Positions 32,699 to 41,895 of a stretch of 64,000 bases of DNA are shown here, in pieces. The position numbers were made by a program, and so were the translations under genes. The notes under the pieces were generated by a model, which had not been told where the DNA came from, searched no databases, and saw only the letters and a program-made list of their open reading frames with translations. Source of the stretch: Thermoplasmata archaeon (GTDB lineage Archaea > Thermoplasmatota > Thermoplasmata > Lutacidiplasmatales > UBA184); the NCBI GenBank assembly GCA_030037735.1, contig JASHQC010000056.1, forward strand, positions 1,707 through 65,706, in the 5' to 3' direction. Every line of letters starts with the position of its first letter. The first letter of the stretch is position 1.

Positions 32699-33646
32699 AT
32701 GTCCCCCATTCCGACCGTCCGTACCGCTGGGGCCTTTGCTCCCGGTCACGTGACCGGAATATTCTCGCCGCTTCTCGACGCTCGAGATCCCCGAGCTCGA
32801 GGATCGGTGGGGGCCGGACTCGTCCTAGAGGCCGGCGTGCTGGCCTCCGCCGAATGGCGACCGTCGACTCGCACCAGGATCCGGCTCCATTCCGACGTCG
32901 CTCGCCCACTGCCGATCTCGGAGGATGTCGCTCGTCGGCTTCTGGCCCATCGGCCCGGAGAGCTCCGCGTCGAGCTCCGTCACGAACTTCCTATCGGTCA
33001 GGGATTCGGGATGAGCGCTGCAGGCGCGCTCGCTACCGCCCTCGCCGTCGCGTCTGCGACCGGGGCTTCCCGCCAGCACGCCCTCGAGGTGGCTCACCTC
33101 GCCGATCTCTACGGAGGAGGAGGACTAGGAGGCGTCTCGGCGATCCTGGAGGGAGGGCTGGAGATCCGGGATCAACCCGGCGTTCCCCTATGGGGGCGCG
33201 TACGGCACTTCCCCGCCTCAGGAGCCGTGTTTTTGATTGTTGCCGGGGCCGCCATGCCCAGTCCCGCGCTTCTCCACGACCCGCGATTCCTTCGACGGGT
33301 CGAGCAGGCCGCCCGCCCCGGTCTCACACGATTGAGGCATCGTCTATCCCTCTCGAGCTTCCTTCAGGAGGCCGAGCGGTTCACGGACACTCTGCGGTTA
33401 GGACCTTCACGGGTATTGCGACGCGCGCATGCGCTCCGCTCCCCGGACACGCGTGTTGCCCAGGCCATGTTCGGCCGCAGCCTGTTCGCCATGGCCCGAA
33501 CGGGTCCGGCTCGGTCCGCTCTAGTCCGTCAGTTGACCCGGCTCGGACTCCGGGCGGCGGAAGTCCCCATCTCCCACCGGGGTGCCAGGCTCCTGACCGG
33601 CCCGCCGCCTCGTCGCTTGGGCCTCGAGTCCCGCTCTCGGGACTGA
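32699..33646 (+). CDS. Pantoate kinase (GHMP family)
   Basis: AFAPGHVTGIF, GSVGAG, LPIGQGFGMSAAGALA, AQAMFG. Confidence 0.88.
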   Translation: MSPIPTVRTAGAFAPGHVTGIFSPLLDARDPRARGSVGAGLVLEAGVLASAEWRPSTRTRIRLHSDVARPLPISEDVARRLLAHRPGELRVELRHELPIGQGFGMSAAGALATALAVASATGASRQHALEVAHLADLYGGGGLGGVSAILEGGLEIRDQPGVPLWGRVRHFPASGAVFLIVAGAAMPSPALLHDPRFLRRVEQAARPGLTRLRHRLSLSSFLQEAERFTDTLRLGPSRVLRRAHALRSPDTRVAQAMFGRSLFAMARTGPARSALVRQLTRLGLRAAEVPISHRGARLLTGPPPRRLGLESRSRD

Positions 33647-33697
33647 GGGCGTCCGGGGACAAACGCTTTAGAACTCTCCTGGCTCCGCGCGGCCTCC

Positions 33698-34207
33698 ATG
33701 ACGCGCAAACCGGCCCGGATGTACCGGAAGATCGAGGGGCAGGTGTACACCCGGCAGGAGTACATGGGCGGCATCCCGAACTGCCGCGTGACCCAGTTCG
33801 ACACCGGTAACCTGAGGGATGAGTTTCCGGTACTGGTCAGCCTCCACGTGGATGAGGCAGCGCAGGTGCGCGACATCGCGCTCGAGGCGGCCCGAATCAG
33901 TGCCGTTCGCGTGATGGAGAAGCAGGCACCGAACGGTTACCATCTCAAAGTGCGACGCTTCCCGCATCAAATTCTGCGAGAGCACAAGATGGCCACCGGC
34001 GCCGGAGCCGACCGTATCTCGGATGGCATGCGCCGCGCGTTCGGCAAACCCGTCGGTCACGCCGTGCGCGCCCAGATCGGGGCCCAGCTCTTGACGGTCT
34101 ACACGTCCGAGGAGCACATCGAAGACGCGAAGGAAGCGCTCCGGAAGGCTTCCCACAAGCTGCCGTCGCCCTCGCGCGTGTCGGTCATCCGGCCGACGGC
34201 GGCATAG
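33698..34207 (+). CDS. rpl10e: 50S ribosomal protein L10e (uL16)
   Basis: MTRKPARMYR, ALEAARI, GAGADRISDGMRRAFGKP. Confidence 0.97.
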   Translation: MTRKPARMYRKIEGQVYTRQEYMGGIPNCRVTQFDTGNLRDEFPVLVSLHVDEAAQVRDIALEAARISAVRVMEKQAPNGYHLKVRRFPHQILREHKMATGAGADRISDGMRRAFGKPVGHAVRAQIGAQLLTVYTSEEHIEDAKEALRKASHKLPSPSRVSVIRPTAA

Positions 34208-34682
34208 GCCCCATCGGAGGCTTGACCCCGGGGGCGAGCCCCCGGACGACCAGCACCGGGCATCCCACATGGTGGGTGACCGCATCCGAGATGCTTCCCA
34301 GCAGGAGGCGTTTCGCGGTCGACAACCCCCGGGAGCCGAGTACCAGCAGGTCCGTCGGGTGCGATTCAAGGTACGTCACGATCTCGTCCACGACGTGGCC
34401 CTCGAGGCACACACCAGTCACCTCGGGCAAGCCCTCGCTCTTGGCGCGGGCCACTCCCGAGTCGACGAGCCCTTGATAGAACCTGATCTCCCCTTCAGGC
34501 ATCTCGGTCGGGGCCCACGGTTCCGTCGATGAGAGGTACAGGGGCACCATCGGCGCGACGGCGAGGACATCCAGCGATGCCGAGTACCGCTTGGCGATAT
34601 CGATCGCGAAGCTCAGCGCGTGGTCGGCATACGGCGAACCGTCCAATGCGACCGTAACGCGTCGGATGTTGATCGGATCCAT
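34185..34682 (-). CDS. Universal stress protein
   Basis: VALDGS...DLLVLGSRG...LLGSISDAV...CPVLVV. Confidence 0.92.
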   Translation of the reverse strand: MDPINIRRVTVALDGSPYADHALSFAIDIAKRYSASLDVLAVAPMVPLYLSSTEPWAPTEMPEGEIRFYQGLVDSGVARAKSEGLPEVTGVCLEGHVVDEIVTYLESHPTDLLVLGSRGLSTAKRLLLGSISDAVTHHVGCPVLVVRGLAPGVKPPMGPMPPSAG

Positions 34683-34765
34683 GGCGGCGCGGCGGGAAGC
34701 AGCTGCCAGTAGAAGGTGATTGCGCCGTCGTCGGCGGCAAATGCTTAATCTCCCCAAGGACCCTA

Positions 34766-35422
34766 TTGTTCGATCGCCGGGAAGCTGAGAACGTGGCTCC
34801 GAGATGTACGAATTGCGGGTCCTCCGACCTAGTTTGGGCGCCAGAGGTCAAGTCCGGAACCATTGGGTCAGGCCAGATCTCGCTCCGAAGTCGGGGCGAG
34901 TTGCCCCTCGGTGCGCGCGTCTGCCGCCAGTGCGGCCACGCGGAGCTGTTCCTCCATGACCTCTCGGTGGTCCGGAATCCCTCCGCCTGGCATCCCGGAG
35001 AGTTCACGGTCATCCAGGCTGCGGCGCATCACCACCACGAACATGACCTCCGGGCGGGCCCAGTCCCTGCGCCTCCTCCGGCCCCCGCGAGTCCGGCCCC
35101 GGCGCCGGCCGTGACACCCACTCCCTCTCCACCGGCTCCTCCGGCCACTCCCCCCATGGTCGCTCCGGCTCCCGCGGCTAAGCCCGCACCGATGGCCGCT
35201 CCTCCTCCGCCTCCCCCGCCCCCGCCGCCCCCCCCGCCGGTCAGCGCGCCCTCCCCACCTCCACCGGCCCCCGCCCCTCCACCGGCCCCCGCGGCAGCGG
35301 CTCCGATGCCGGCCGCACCGGAACCGATCGCCGTAGGCTCTGAGCGCCTACCGGCGACGGCCGACGCGACGAAGACGGCGGCGGCCCGGAAGAAGGTGCG
35401 GAAGAAGAGCTCCGGTTCGTAG
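34766..35422 (+). CDS. Zn-ribbon protein with His-rich, polyproline and basic-tail regions
   Basis: CTNC...CRQCGHAELF, HHHHEH, long P/A-rich segment, ARKKVRKK tail. Start may be GTG 34793. Confidence 0.75.
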   Translation: MFDRREAENVAPRCTNCGSSDLVWAPEVKSGTIGSGQISLRSRGELPLGARVCRQCGHAELFLHDLSVVRNPSAWHPGEFTVIQAAAHHHHEHDLRAGPVPAPPPAPASPAPAPAVTPTPSPPAPPATPPMVAPAPAAKPAPMAAPPPPPPPPPPPPPVSAPSPPPPAPAPPPAPAAAAPMPAAPEPIAVGSERLPATADATKTAAARKKVRKKSSGS

Positions 35423-35498
35423 GCCGGGCGGCTTCGGGCCGCAGGCCCGAGTTCCCTGGTTATCCTCGGGCCGCAGGGTACTCCCGTTCGGGCACGCT

Positions 35499-36710
35499 CT
35501 ATAGCACCGCAATCACGCCGCAGAGCACGATGGCGGAAAGGCTCCCCCAGTACGCCGCTTTCCAGAATCCGTGAGAAGCTTGCCTCCCCATCACGCGCTC
35601 ATCCGACGCTAAGGCCCCCACGAGAACCCCCGGACCGATCAGAATGAACACGAGCGCCACCATGAGCAGCAGCACCAGCGCGAGCGGGTGCGGATACAGG
35701 AACGGAATGATGACGGCGGGAACACTCTCCCCTGCGTAAATCCAGAACGCGCGACCCCGCGGGAGCCCGAGCGCCTCGACGACCCCCCACGCGCTCCCGA
35801 GGGAGATCACTACGAGCGCCAGAAATGCGGCCGCCACGAGCCCGGCGGCGAAGGCGTAGGGGAGGAGCCATCCGCCGACCGACGCGAGAGCCGCCGCCAC
35901 ACCGCTCGTGGTGAACAGGTCGGCGCTCGCCCGCATCCCGGCGCCTAGCATCACGAAGGCGACCATCAGAATCTCGCTCACCACGGCGCCGATGAGGGTC
36001 TCCCGGCGGACCCCGAGGACGGTCGACCCCACCTTCTCGGCCGTCGCCGAGGACTGGTAGAACAGCATGAACGGCATGACCACCGCGCCGGCGTTGGCCG
36101 CGAGCAGGAAGACGAACGACGGACTGGCCGAAAGAAATACCGGATTGTCGGGGAGAATCCCTCGCACCATCAGTGCCGAGCCGACGAGAACGATGAAAAC
36201 CGCCGACACACCGAGCAGTACCCGCTCGACCCAGACGTACTTACCGCGGGAGACCAGGCCGATGTGTACGATGAACGCGGCGGGAAGCGAGAGGTAGAGT
36301 GGCACACCGAAGATCCCCAAGGCCAGTCCGATCGCGGCGTACTCGGCGATGTAGCTGGCGATGTCGGCCGCCGCGACCGGCAGGGCGATCGCCAGGCTCG
36401 TCCGACGGGAGTGTCTCTCCCGAACCAGCTCTCCCAACCCCTTCCCGGTGACGGCGCCGATGCGCCCGGCGGCTTCCTGCACGAAGAAGAGGGGAACGAT
36501 CAGCAACAGCAGGAACCAGATGAGATCGTACCGGTAGGCCACGCCCGATTCGACCCCCGTGAGAATGCTCGCGGCATCGACGTCCGCGATCATGACGAGC
36601 CAGGCGGGTCCCCACGCATGGAACCAGCGTCGAGAAACTCGCGTGGCGTCGGCGGCCGCAGGAAGGTTGACCGGAGCCGGCATGGCGAGCGAAGAGTCGG
36701 CGACCGGCAC
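35499..36710 (-). CDS. NRAMP-related divalent metal transporter (NrmT/Mg2+-type)
   Basis: WGPAWLVMIADVDAAS, QEAAGRIGAVTGKG, GAVVMPFMLFYQ; lacks the canonical DPGN motif. Confidence 0.88.
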   Translation of the reverse strand: MPVADSSLAMPAPVNLPAAADATRVSRRWFHAWGPAWLVMIADVDAASILTGVESGVAYRYDLIWFLLLLIVPLFFVQEAAGRIGAVTGKGLGELVRERHSRRTSLAIALPVAAADIASYIAEYAAIGLALGIFGVPLYLSLPAAFIVHIGLVSRGKYVWVERVLLGVSAVFIVLVGSALMVRGILPDNPVFLSASPSFVFLLAANAGAVVMPFMLFYQSSATAEKVGSTVLGVRRETLIGAVVSEILMVAFVMLGAGMRASADLFTTSGVAAALASVGGWLLPYAFAAGLVAAAFLALVVISLGSAWGVVEALGLPRGRAFWIYAGESVPAVIIPFLYPHPLALVLLLMVALVFILIGPGVLVGALASDERVMGRQASHGFWKAAYWGSLSAIVLCGVIAVL

Positions 36711-36760
36711 GTTGGCACCCTCGGACGGTCGACCGGAAGGTTCGAATTTATCCGTACTGT

Positions 36761-36798
36761 ATGTGAACGCGCTACATTTTCACTTCACATTGTGAACG
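36761..36798. promoter_or_regulatory. Putative operator in the divergent NRAMP/malic enzyme intergenic region
   Basis: TTCACA-T-TGTGAA palindrome (36784-36796) plus a second ATGTGAACG half-site at 36761. Confidence 0.5.
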
Positions 36799-36940
36799 GG
36801 GACAGGGAACGGCCTCGCCACTTGCCACCCGGTTCACCGGGCCCGGTGATGTCGATCGCGTCCCCGCACCATTCGCCCCGCCGCAACGGGACCGGTTCCC
36901 TCCCCCATCATCGAGGGTTCCCGAGCCTCGTGAAGCCGTC

Positions 36941-38734
36941 TTGACCGCACGTACATCCCCCATCACCCCGTCGCCATTTTCCATGGAAGCGATGTCTCAT
37001 CGACCGGTCCGCGCGACTACTATTCCCGGTTCCGATTCCCCGGCGCCCTTCCCCCGCTTGCGCGGAACGAACCTCCTCGACGCTCCCCTGCTCAACAAGG
37101 GGACCGCTTTCACCCACAACGAGCGCACGGCTCTCGGTCTGCACGGCCTTCTGCCTCCGCAGGTGGAGTCGCTTGAGCAGCAGGTCGTCCGGGCCTACGA
37201 GGCGTTCCGCCGGAAGACCGACGACCTCGAGCGCCACATCTACCTGCGGGCGCTCCAGGACACGAACGAGGTGCTGTTCTACCGACTGCTGCTCGACCAC
37301 ATGGAGGAGATGATGCCGGTGGTCTACACCCCGGTCGTCGCCCTCGGATGCCAAGAATTCTCTCACATCTACCGACGGCCCCGCGGGCTCTTCGTGCCCT
37401 ACCCGCTACGCGACTCGATCCCGACGCTTCTTCGCCACCGGCCGAACCCCGACGTCGACATCATCGTGGTCACCGACGGGGAGCGGATTCTGGGAATCGG
37501 CGACCAAGGAGTCGGGGGACTCGGCATCCCGATCGGGAAGCTGTCGCTCTACACGCTCATCGGCGGGATTCGACCCGAACGGACGCTCCCGATCGTGTTG
37601 GACGTCGGCACGAACAACCCGGACCGGTTGCAGGACCCGGAGTATCTGGGCTGGCGCCACTCGCGCATTACCGGCGCCGAGTATGACGAGTTCATTGACC
37701 ACTTCGTTCGAGCGGTCCGGCACGCGTTGCCGGGCACCGTGTTGCAGTGGGAGGACTTCGGCGCTGAACACGCCCGCCCCATCCTCGAAAGGTACCGGGA
37801 ACGGGTCTTGACGTTCAATGACGACATCCAAGGAACGGGGGCGGTGACACTCGGAGCGATTCTATCGGCGTTGTACGTCACCGGCCAACCGCTCCGGGAA
37901 CAGCGGATCGTGATCTTCGGTGCCGGGTCGGCTGGCCTGGGCGTTGCCGATACGGTCCGGACAGCTATGGTCCAGGACGGGCTCAAGGAACCCGACGCGC
38001 GCCGCCGGTTCTGGCTCATCAACCGGGGTGGGCTGCTGCACTCCAACCGGTCAGACCTCAAGGAGGAGCAACGCCCCTACGCGAGAGCCTGGGAGGAGGT
38101 CGTCCCCTGGGAACGGGCCGACCCGCACCGGGTGAGCCTCAGCGAAACGATTCGCGCGGTCCAACCTACGATTCTCATCGGCCTTTCGACTCTCGCTGGG
38201 GCGTTCGACGAGCCGCTGGTTCGGGAGATGGCCTCCGCGGTCGAGCGACCAGTGATCTTCCCGCTCTCGAACCCCACTGTGAAGTGCGAAGCGGTCCCCG
38301 CTGACCTACTGAAGTGGACAAACGGAAAGGCGGTCATCGCGACCGGGTCGCCGTTCGCCCCGGTCGAGTTCGGAGGACGTTCGGTCCCCATCGCCCAGTG
38401 CAACAATGTGTACATCTTTCCCGCGCTCGGGCTCGGGGCGGTGGCGAGCGGTGCTCGCCGCATCACAGACGGAATGATCCTCACGGCCGCCCGCGCGTTG
38501 GCCGAGCATTCCCCCGCGCGCCATAACCCGGAAGCGCCCCTGCTTCCGCCGATCCCCGCGCTGCGCGCACTGGCGGTGGAGATCGCCCTCGCTGTCGGTC
38601 TCGAGGCACGGCGGACCGGCCACGCCGCTTTCGTGACAGAAGAGGAGATACGGGCGCGCATCGCGGCTACACAATGGACGCCAGCGTACCCCAACTACGA
38701 GGACCTCGTCGGTCCGCCGGAAGGCCAGTCGTAA
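36941..38734 (+). CDS. NAD-dependent malic enzyme (MaeA/SfcA type)
   Basis: PLLNKGTAF, VVTDGERILGIGD, FNDDIQGTGAV, GAGSAG, IFPLSNPT, AQCNNVYIFP. True start may be slightly downstream. Confidence 0.95.
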   Translation: MTARTSPITPSPFSMEAMSHRPVRATTIPGSDSPAPFPRLRGTNLLDAPLLNKGTAFTHNERTALGLHGLLPPQVESLEQQVVRAYEAFRRKTDDLERHIYLRALQDTNEVLFYRLLLDHMEEMMPVVYTPVVALGCQEFSHIYRRPRGLFVPYPLRDSIPTLLRHRPNPDVDIIVVTDGERILGIGDQGVGGLGIPIGKLSLYTLIGGIRPERTLPIVLDVGTNNPDRLQDPEYLGWRHSRITGAEYDEFIDHFVRAVRHALPGTVLQWEDFGAEHARPILERYRERVLTFNDDIQGTGAVTLGAILSALYVTGQPLREQRIVIFGAGSAGLGVADTVRTAMVQDGLKEPDARRRFWLINRGGLLHSNRSDLKEEQRPYARAWEEVVPWERADPHRVSLSETIRAVQPTILIGLSTLAGAFDEPLVREMASAVERPVIFPLSNPTVKCEAVPADLLKWTNGKAVIATGSPFAPVEFGGRSVPIAQCNNVYIFPALGLGAVASGARRITDGMILTAARALAEHSPARHNPEAPLLPPIPALRALAVEIALAVGLEARRTGHAAFVTEEEIRARIAATQWTPAYPNYEDLVGPPEGQS

Positions 38735-38848
38735 ACGTGCACGTGCCATTTGGGAGCGAGCTGAACGGGCTCCGCACCCGTCGGAGCCGGACGGACCTTC
38801 CTTCCCCCACCGTTCCAGTCGGCTCACGCGGTTCGTTTCAAGAGCTCT

Positions 38849-38887
38849 CGACCGCCCAGCCCAGGGGAGCAACACCAAGGGCGGTCG
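38849..38887. terminator. Hairpin immediately 3' of tRNA-iMet (possible terminator or processing stem)
   Basis: Perfect 9-bp inverted repeat CGACCGCCC/GGGCGGTCG. Confidence 0.4.
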
Positions 38888-38889
38888 GA

Positions 38890-38993
38890 TAGCGGGGCAT
38901 GGATTTGAACCATGGATCTACGGGTTATGAGCCCGTCGGGATTTCAGGACGGCCGGCGTTCGTCGGCCGTTTTCCTGACTACCCTACCCCGCT
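38890..38993 (-). tRNA. Initiator tRNA-Met(CAT) with a 29-nt intron in the D-loop (38943-38971)
   Basis: AGCGGGG acceptor (A1-U72), ACGGG-CTCATAA-CCCGT anticodon arm with three G-C pairs, CATGGTTCAAATCCATG T-arm. Removing the insert restores GGGTAGTCAGGAAATCCCG. Confidence 0.93.
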
Positions 38994-39070
38994 GCGGGGC
39001 GAGCGAGGAGGCCGACATATTTAGTTCCTCCCCGGACCGGGGCACTCGGCAGGCGTAGACTCGTCGGCGG

Positions 39071-39808
39071 TCACGATAACGCGTGGAGTCCGGATAGCGC
39101 TTCGTTCGCGGACTCGACCGAACGACGTGAATACTCTTCGAGGGCGGAGCGTTGCGCGCTGTCGAGCTGAAGGGCGGGCCAGTCCCAATGCAGCGCGACC
39201 GTCGTCCCGACGCCGGCCTCGGGGACCACGCGGGAATCGTACGAGACTTCAACCCATTTCGGCGGTCCGGCTAGGAGCTGTCCGTTTCGCACCGCCCAGG
39301 TGGATCGCTCAACGGTCAGTTTCGCTCCGTCACGCGCGCGAACCGTTCCCCACGCCGGGCGACAAGCCTCCATGTTCCGAAGGGTCGTCTCCACGTGACC
39401 CGTGACGTTGCCGACGCCAACGAAGCTCACGTGGAATGCGTGGTGGAAGAGAGGCCGCGCCGGAAGATGCTCCTCGAGCCGTCGGGCAAGGGACCGGGGA
39501 AGCCCGCGCTGTGCCAGGGCTTCCAGCAGGAGGTGGAAATCGGCGGCGTTCATCGAATCCAGTAGAGAATTTCCTATCCAGTAAGCTTCCACGACCTGGC
39601 GGTCAAACGGGTCGAGCCCGTGCTTGCGACCGATTGCCTCAAGGTAGGGCATGAGCGCCTCGAACCGGCTGAGGTGCTGGCGAGCCTCCGCGCGCCCCTC
39701 TCCCGCCGTGATTGCACGATAGAGGGCCGGCTCAGCGTCCGAGGGTCCGCAGAACTGGAGCCGGTTCGTTGCGATGCTGAAGCGGGCGCAAAGCGCGACG
39801 CCGTCCAT
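39071..39808 (-). CDS. Hydrogenase-cluster conserved protein (DUF6390-like) with a HypC-like C-terminus
   Basis: ARFS...[35 protein letters not shown]. Family assignment is from memory. Confidence 0.75.
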   Translation of the reverse strand: MDGVALCARFSIATNRLQFCGPSDAEPALYRAITAGEGRAEARQHLSRFEALMPYLEAIGRKHGLDPFDRQVVEAYWIGNSLLDSMNAADFHLLLEALAQRGLPRSLARRLEEHLPARPLFHHAFHVSFVGVGNVTGHVETTLRNMEACRPAWGTVRARDGAKLTVERSTWAVRNGQLLAGPPKWVEVSYDSRVVPEAGVGTTVALHWDWPALQLDSAQRSALEEYSRRSVESANEALSGLHALS

Positions 39809-39809
39809 C

Positions 39810-40775
39810 TTATGCGGGCGTCCTCAGGCCCGTCCGCACCCGGCGGGCCACGACCGTCCACGTCTGTCGGAGCAGGGTGAAGCCCACCACGACGACGACC
39901 CCGCCGACAACGGCCGCCGCACCGGCGGCCTGCGTGAGCGTGAACGAACGGCCGGCCACGAGAACCGACAGCACCCAGGTGACCGGGAAGCCCAGCACGA
40001 GCACCGAGGTAGCGACGCCGAGGTCGACCCGTTTCAGTCCCGCGTACCATGTGCCGACAAAGGCGGCGAGCAGTACTGCGCTGATCAGCACCCAGGTCCA
40101 CTGCCCTCCGGTCAGTGCGCCGACAGCGCCGAACTGCATCGTGAGAGCAAGGTACCCGACCAGAAAGCCCGCGCCGATCCCCATCCTACCCAAGGCGACG
40201 ATCCCTGACGGAAGGTCCCGCAACGCGCGCTTGGAGACCGTGTACTCGACTGCCCACAACACCGTCGCGGCCAGGACGTAGTATGTCCCATCGGTCCATA
40301 TCGGGGTGGTCAGGGAGAGAAGGAGGTAGTTCCCTCCCAGGAGAAGACCGGCGGCCACGGCCACCCGGGGATGGAAATGCTCCTTCAGGTACACCACGCC
40401 GAACACGGTGGCCATCAGGAAGAGGGTTCGGTACAGGAAAGAGGCGGTGAGCCCCCCGCCCGCCGCCGTCGCCAGCGCGAGTCCGTGGAAGAACAGCAGG
40501 AAGGGAACGGCGCCTCCGATGAAGCCGATCACCACCAGACGGACCCAATCGACACGACGGAGCGGCTGGGTGAGCGTGCGACGGGCCAACAGCCCGAGCG
40601 GGAGAATCAATCCCGCTACCGCGAGGTTCCGCACGGTGACGAAGGCGTCGGAGCTCGTCCCGTGAACGGCGTAGGCGTTGACGAAGGTGGAGAGGCCACT
40701 GATGACGGCCGTCATCAATACCAGGAGCAACCCCACGGCCCGATACGGGGAGGCGGCGGTCCCGTCAGTCGCCAT
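39810..40775 (-). CDS. EamA/DMT-family transporter
   Basis: Ten hydrophobic helices in two repeats; LFFHGL...YLKE pattern. Confidence 0.88.
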   Translation of the reverse strand: MATDGTAASPYRAVGLLLVLMTAVISGLSTFVNAYAVHGTSSDAFVTVRNLAVAGLILPLGLLARRTLTQPLRRVDWVRLVVIGFIGGAVPFLLFFHGLALATAAGGGLTASFLYRTLFLMATVFGVVYLKEHFHPRVAVAAGLLLGGNYLLLSLTTPIWTDGTYYVLAATVLWAVEYTVSKRALRDLPSGIVALGRMGIGAGFLVGYLALTMQFGAVGALTGGQWTWVLISAVLLAAFVGTWYAGLKRVDLGVATSVLVLGFPVTWVLSVLVAGRSFTLTQAAGAAAVVGGVVVVVGFTLLRQTWTVVARRVRTGLRTPA

Positions 40776-40776
40776 G

Positions 40777-41061
40777 TCAGGTACCCTCGCCCGCCATCGG
40801 AGAGCCTAACATGGTCGCGGTCCGACGGGCTCCATCGATGGTCGTCTCGCGCGCCAGAGTCAGCGCCTCGAGGGCCTCCGCCTTGTCGACCCGCCGGATG
40901 GCAAATCCGGATTGGACAATCACGTAGTCGTCCACGGCCACTTCGGGCACGTAGAGCAGGCTCACCGTCTTGAGTTGGCCTTCGAAGTCCACCTGGGCGA
41001 TCGGTGCGACCGGATCGCTTGCATCGACCGACACGATGCGGCCGGGAATCGCTAGGCACAT
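40777..41061 (-). CDS. hypC: HypC/HybG/HupF hydrogenase chaperone
   Basis: MCLAIPGRIV N-terminus; VIVQSGFA, with Gln in place of the usual His. Confidence 0.92.
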   Translation of the reverse strand: MCLAIPGRIVSVDASDPVAPIAQVDFEGQLKTVSLLYVPEVAVDDYVIVQSGFAIRRVDKAEALEALTLARETTIDGARRTATMLGSPMAGEGT

Positions 41062-41091
41062 CGTCGAGCCTCTCCTCGCGGGTCCCCCGCT

Positions 41092-41376
41092 TTAGCGTTC
41101 ATTCGTACTTCCGCTCTCCTCCACGTCGAGGCTCACCAGAACCAGCCCCTGGGCTCGAGGGTCCTCGAAGTCCCGCGATGTGGTCAGGTCGAGGGCGGCG
41201 GATTCGGCGGGCGTGCCGTCCACGATCCGGGGCCACTCCCGACGCAGCTGCTCCTCTGAAACATGGGACAACGCGCCGAGCCAGAGGCGAACACGGACCA
41301 CTCGAGGGGCTGCCTCTCGGGCCGTCACCTCGACGAGCTTGCGCCGGAGGTCCTGCAGCATCGCTTCTTCGTGCAT
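41092..41376 (-). CDS. hypA: HypA-like nickel metallochaperone lacking the Zn-finger
   Basis: MHE N-terminus, VRLWLGALS, GTPAESAAL, GLVLVSLDVE; no Cys residues. Confidence 0.8.
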   Translation of the reverse strand: MHEEAMLQDLRRKLVEVTAREAAPRVVRVRLWLGALSHVSEEQLRREWPRIVDGTPAESAALDLTTSRDFEDPRAQGLVLVSLDVEESGSTNER

Positions 41377-41379
41377 CGC

Positions 41380-41895
41380 CTACCGCCGCTCGCGCGAGGT
41401 CGTAGCAGGGGTGGGCCGCCCGAGTTCCTCCGCCAGCGCCTGCGTAACTTCCCGGACGCCTCCGCGTACCTCCGGAGAGAGGTCCGCCCCCGGGTCGAAC
41501 TGGACCGCTTCGATCCCGAACACCACCAGCTGGCCCGGCATTCTTCCGAGGGTTTGACCCAGGGCGACCGCCGAGGCGATCGAGAGCCCATGGGTCGACG
41601 TGCCGGCCAGCGATGACGGAAGAGGTTGGTCGCGCACCAAGACTCGACACCAGGTTCCGGGCGCGCCACCGGATCGTACCGCATCGACGAGGTAGACGCG
41701 GGCCTGTCCTTCCCAGAGATCGAGGAGTTCGGTCGCGCTGCCGGAACAGTCAACGACCCGGGCACGATCGCCGACCAGCGGCCGGAGCTCGCGCGTCACC
41801 TGGAGCCCGGCGGCATCGTCGCCGCGGACCTCGTTCCCGACTCCGATCACCAGGGGGGTGCCGGACCCGCTGCGTTCCGATGGGACCTCGGTCAT
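41380..41895 (-). CDS. Hydrogenase maturation endopeptidase
   Basis: [25 protein letters not shown]. Confidence 0.93.
   Translation of the reverse strand: MTEVPSERSGSGTPLVIGVGNEVRGDDAAGLQVTRELRPLVGDRARVVDCSGSATELLDLWEGQARVYLVDAVRSGGAPGTWCRVLVRDQPLPSSLAGTSTHGLSIASAVALGQTLGRMPGQLVVFGIEAVQFDPGADLSPEVRGGVREVTQALAEELGRPTPATTSRERR

Noticed and set aside
34185..34207. Convergent overlap of the USP gene and rpl10e
   Set aside because: A short 23-nt tail overlap, common in compact archaeal genomes.
35422..38890. Genomic island integrated at tRNA-iMet
   Set aside because: No duplicated iMet 3' end and no integrase found nearby.
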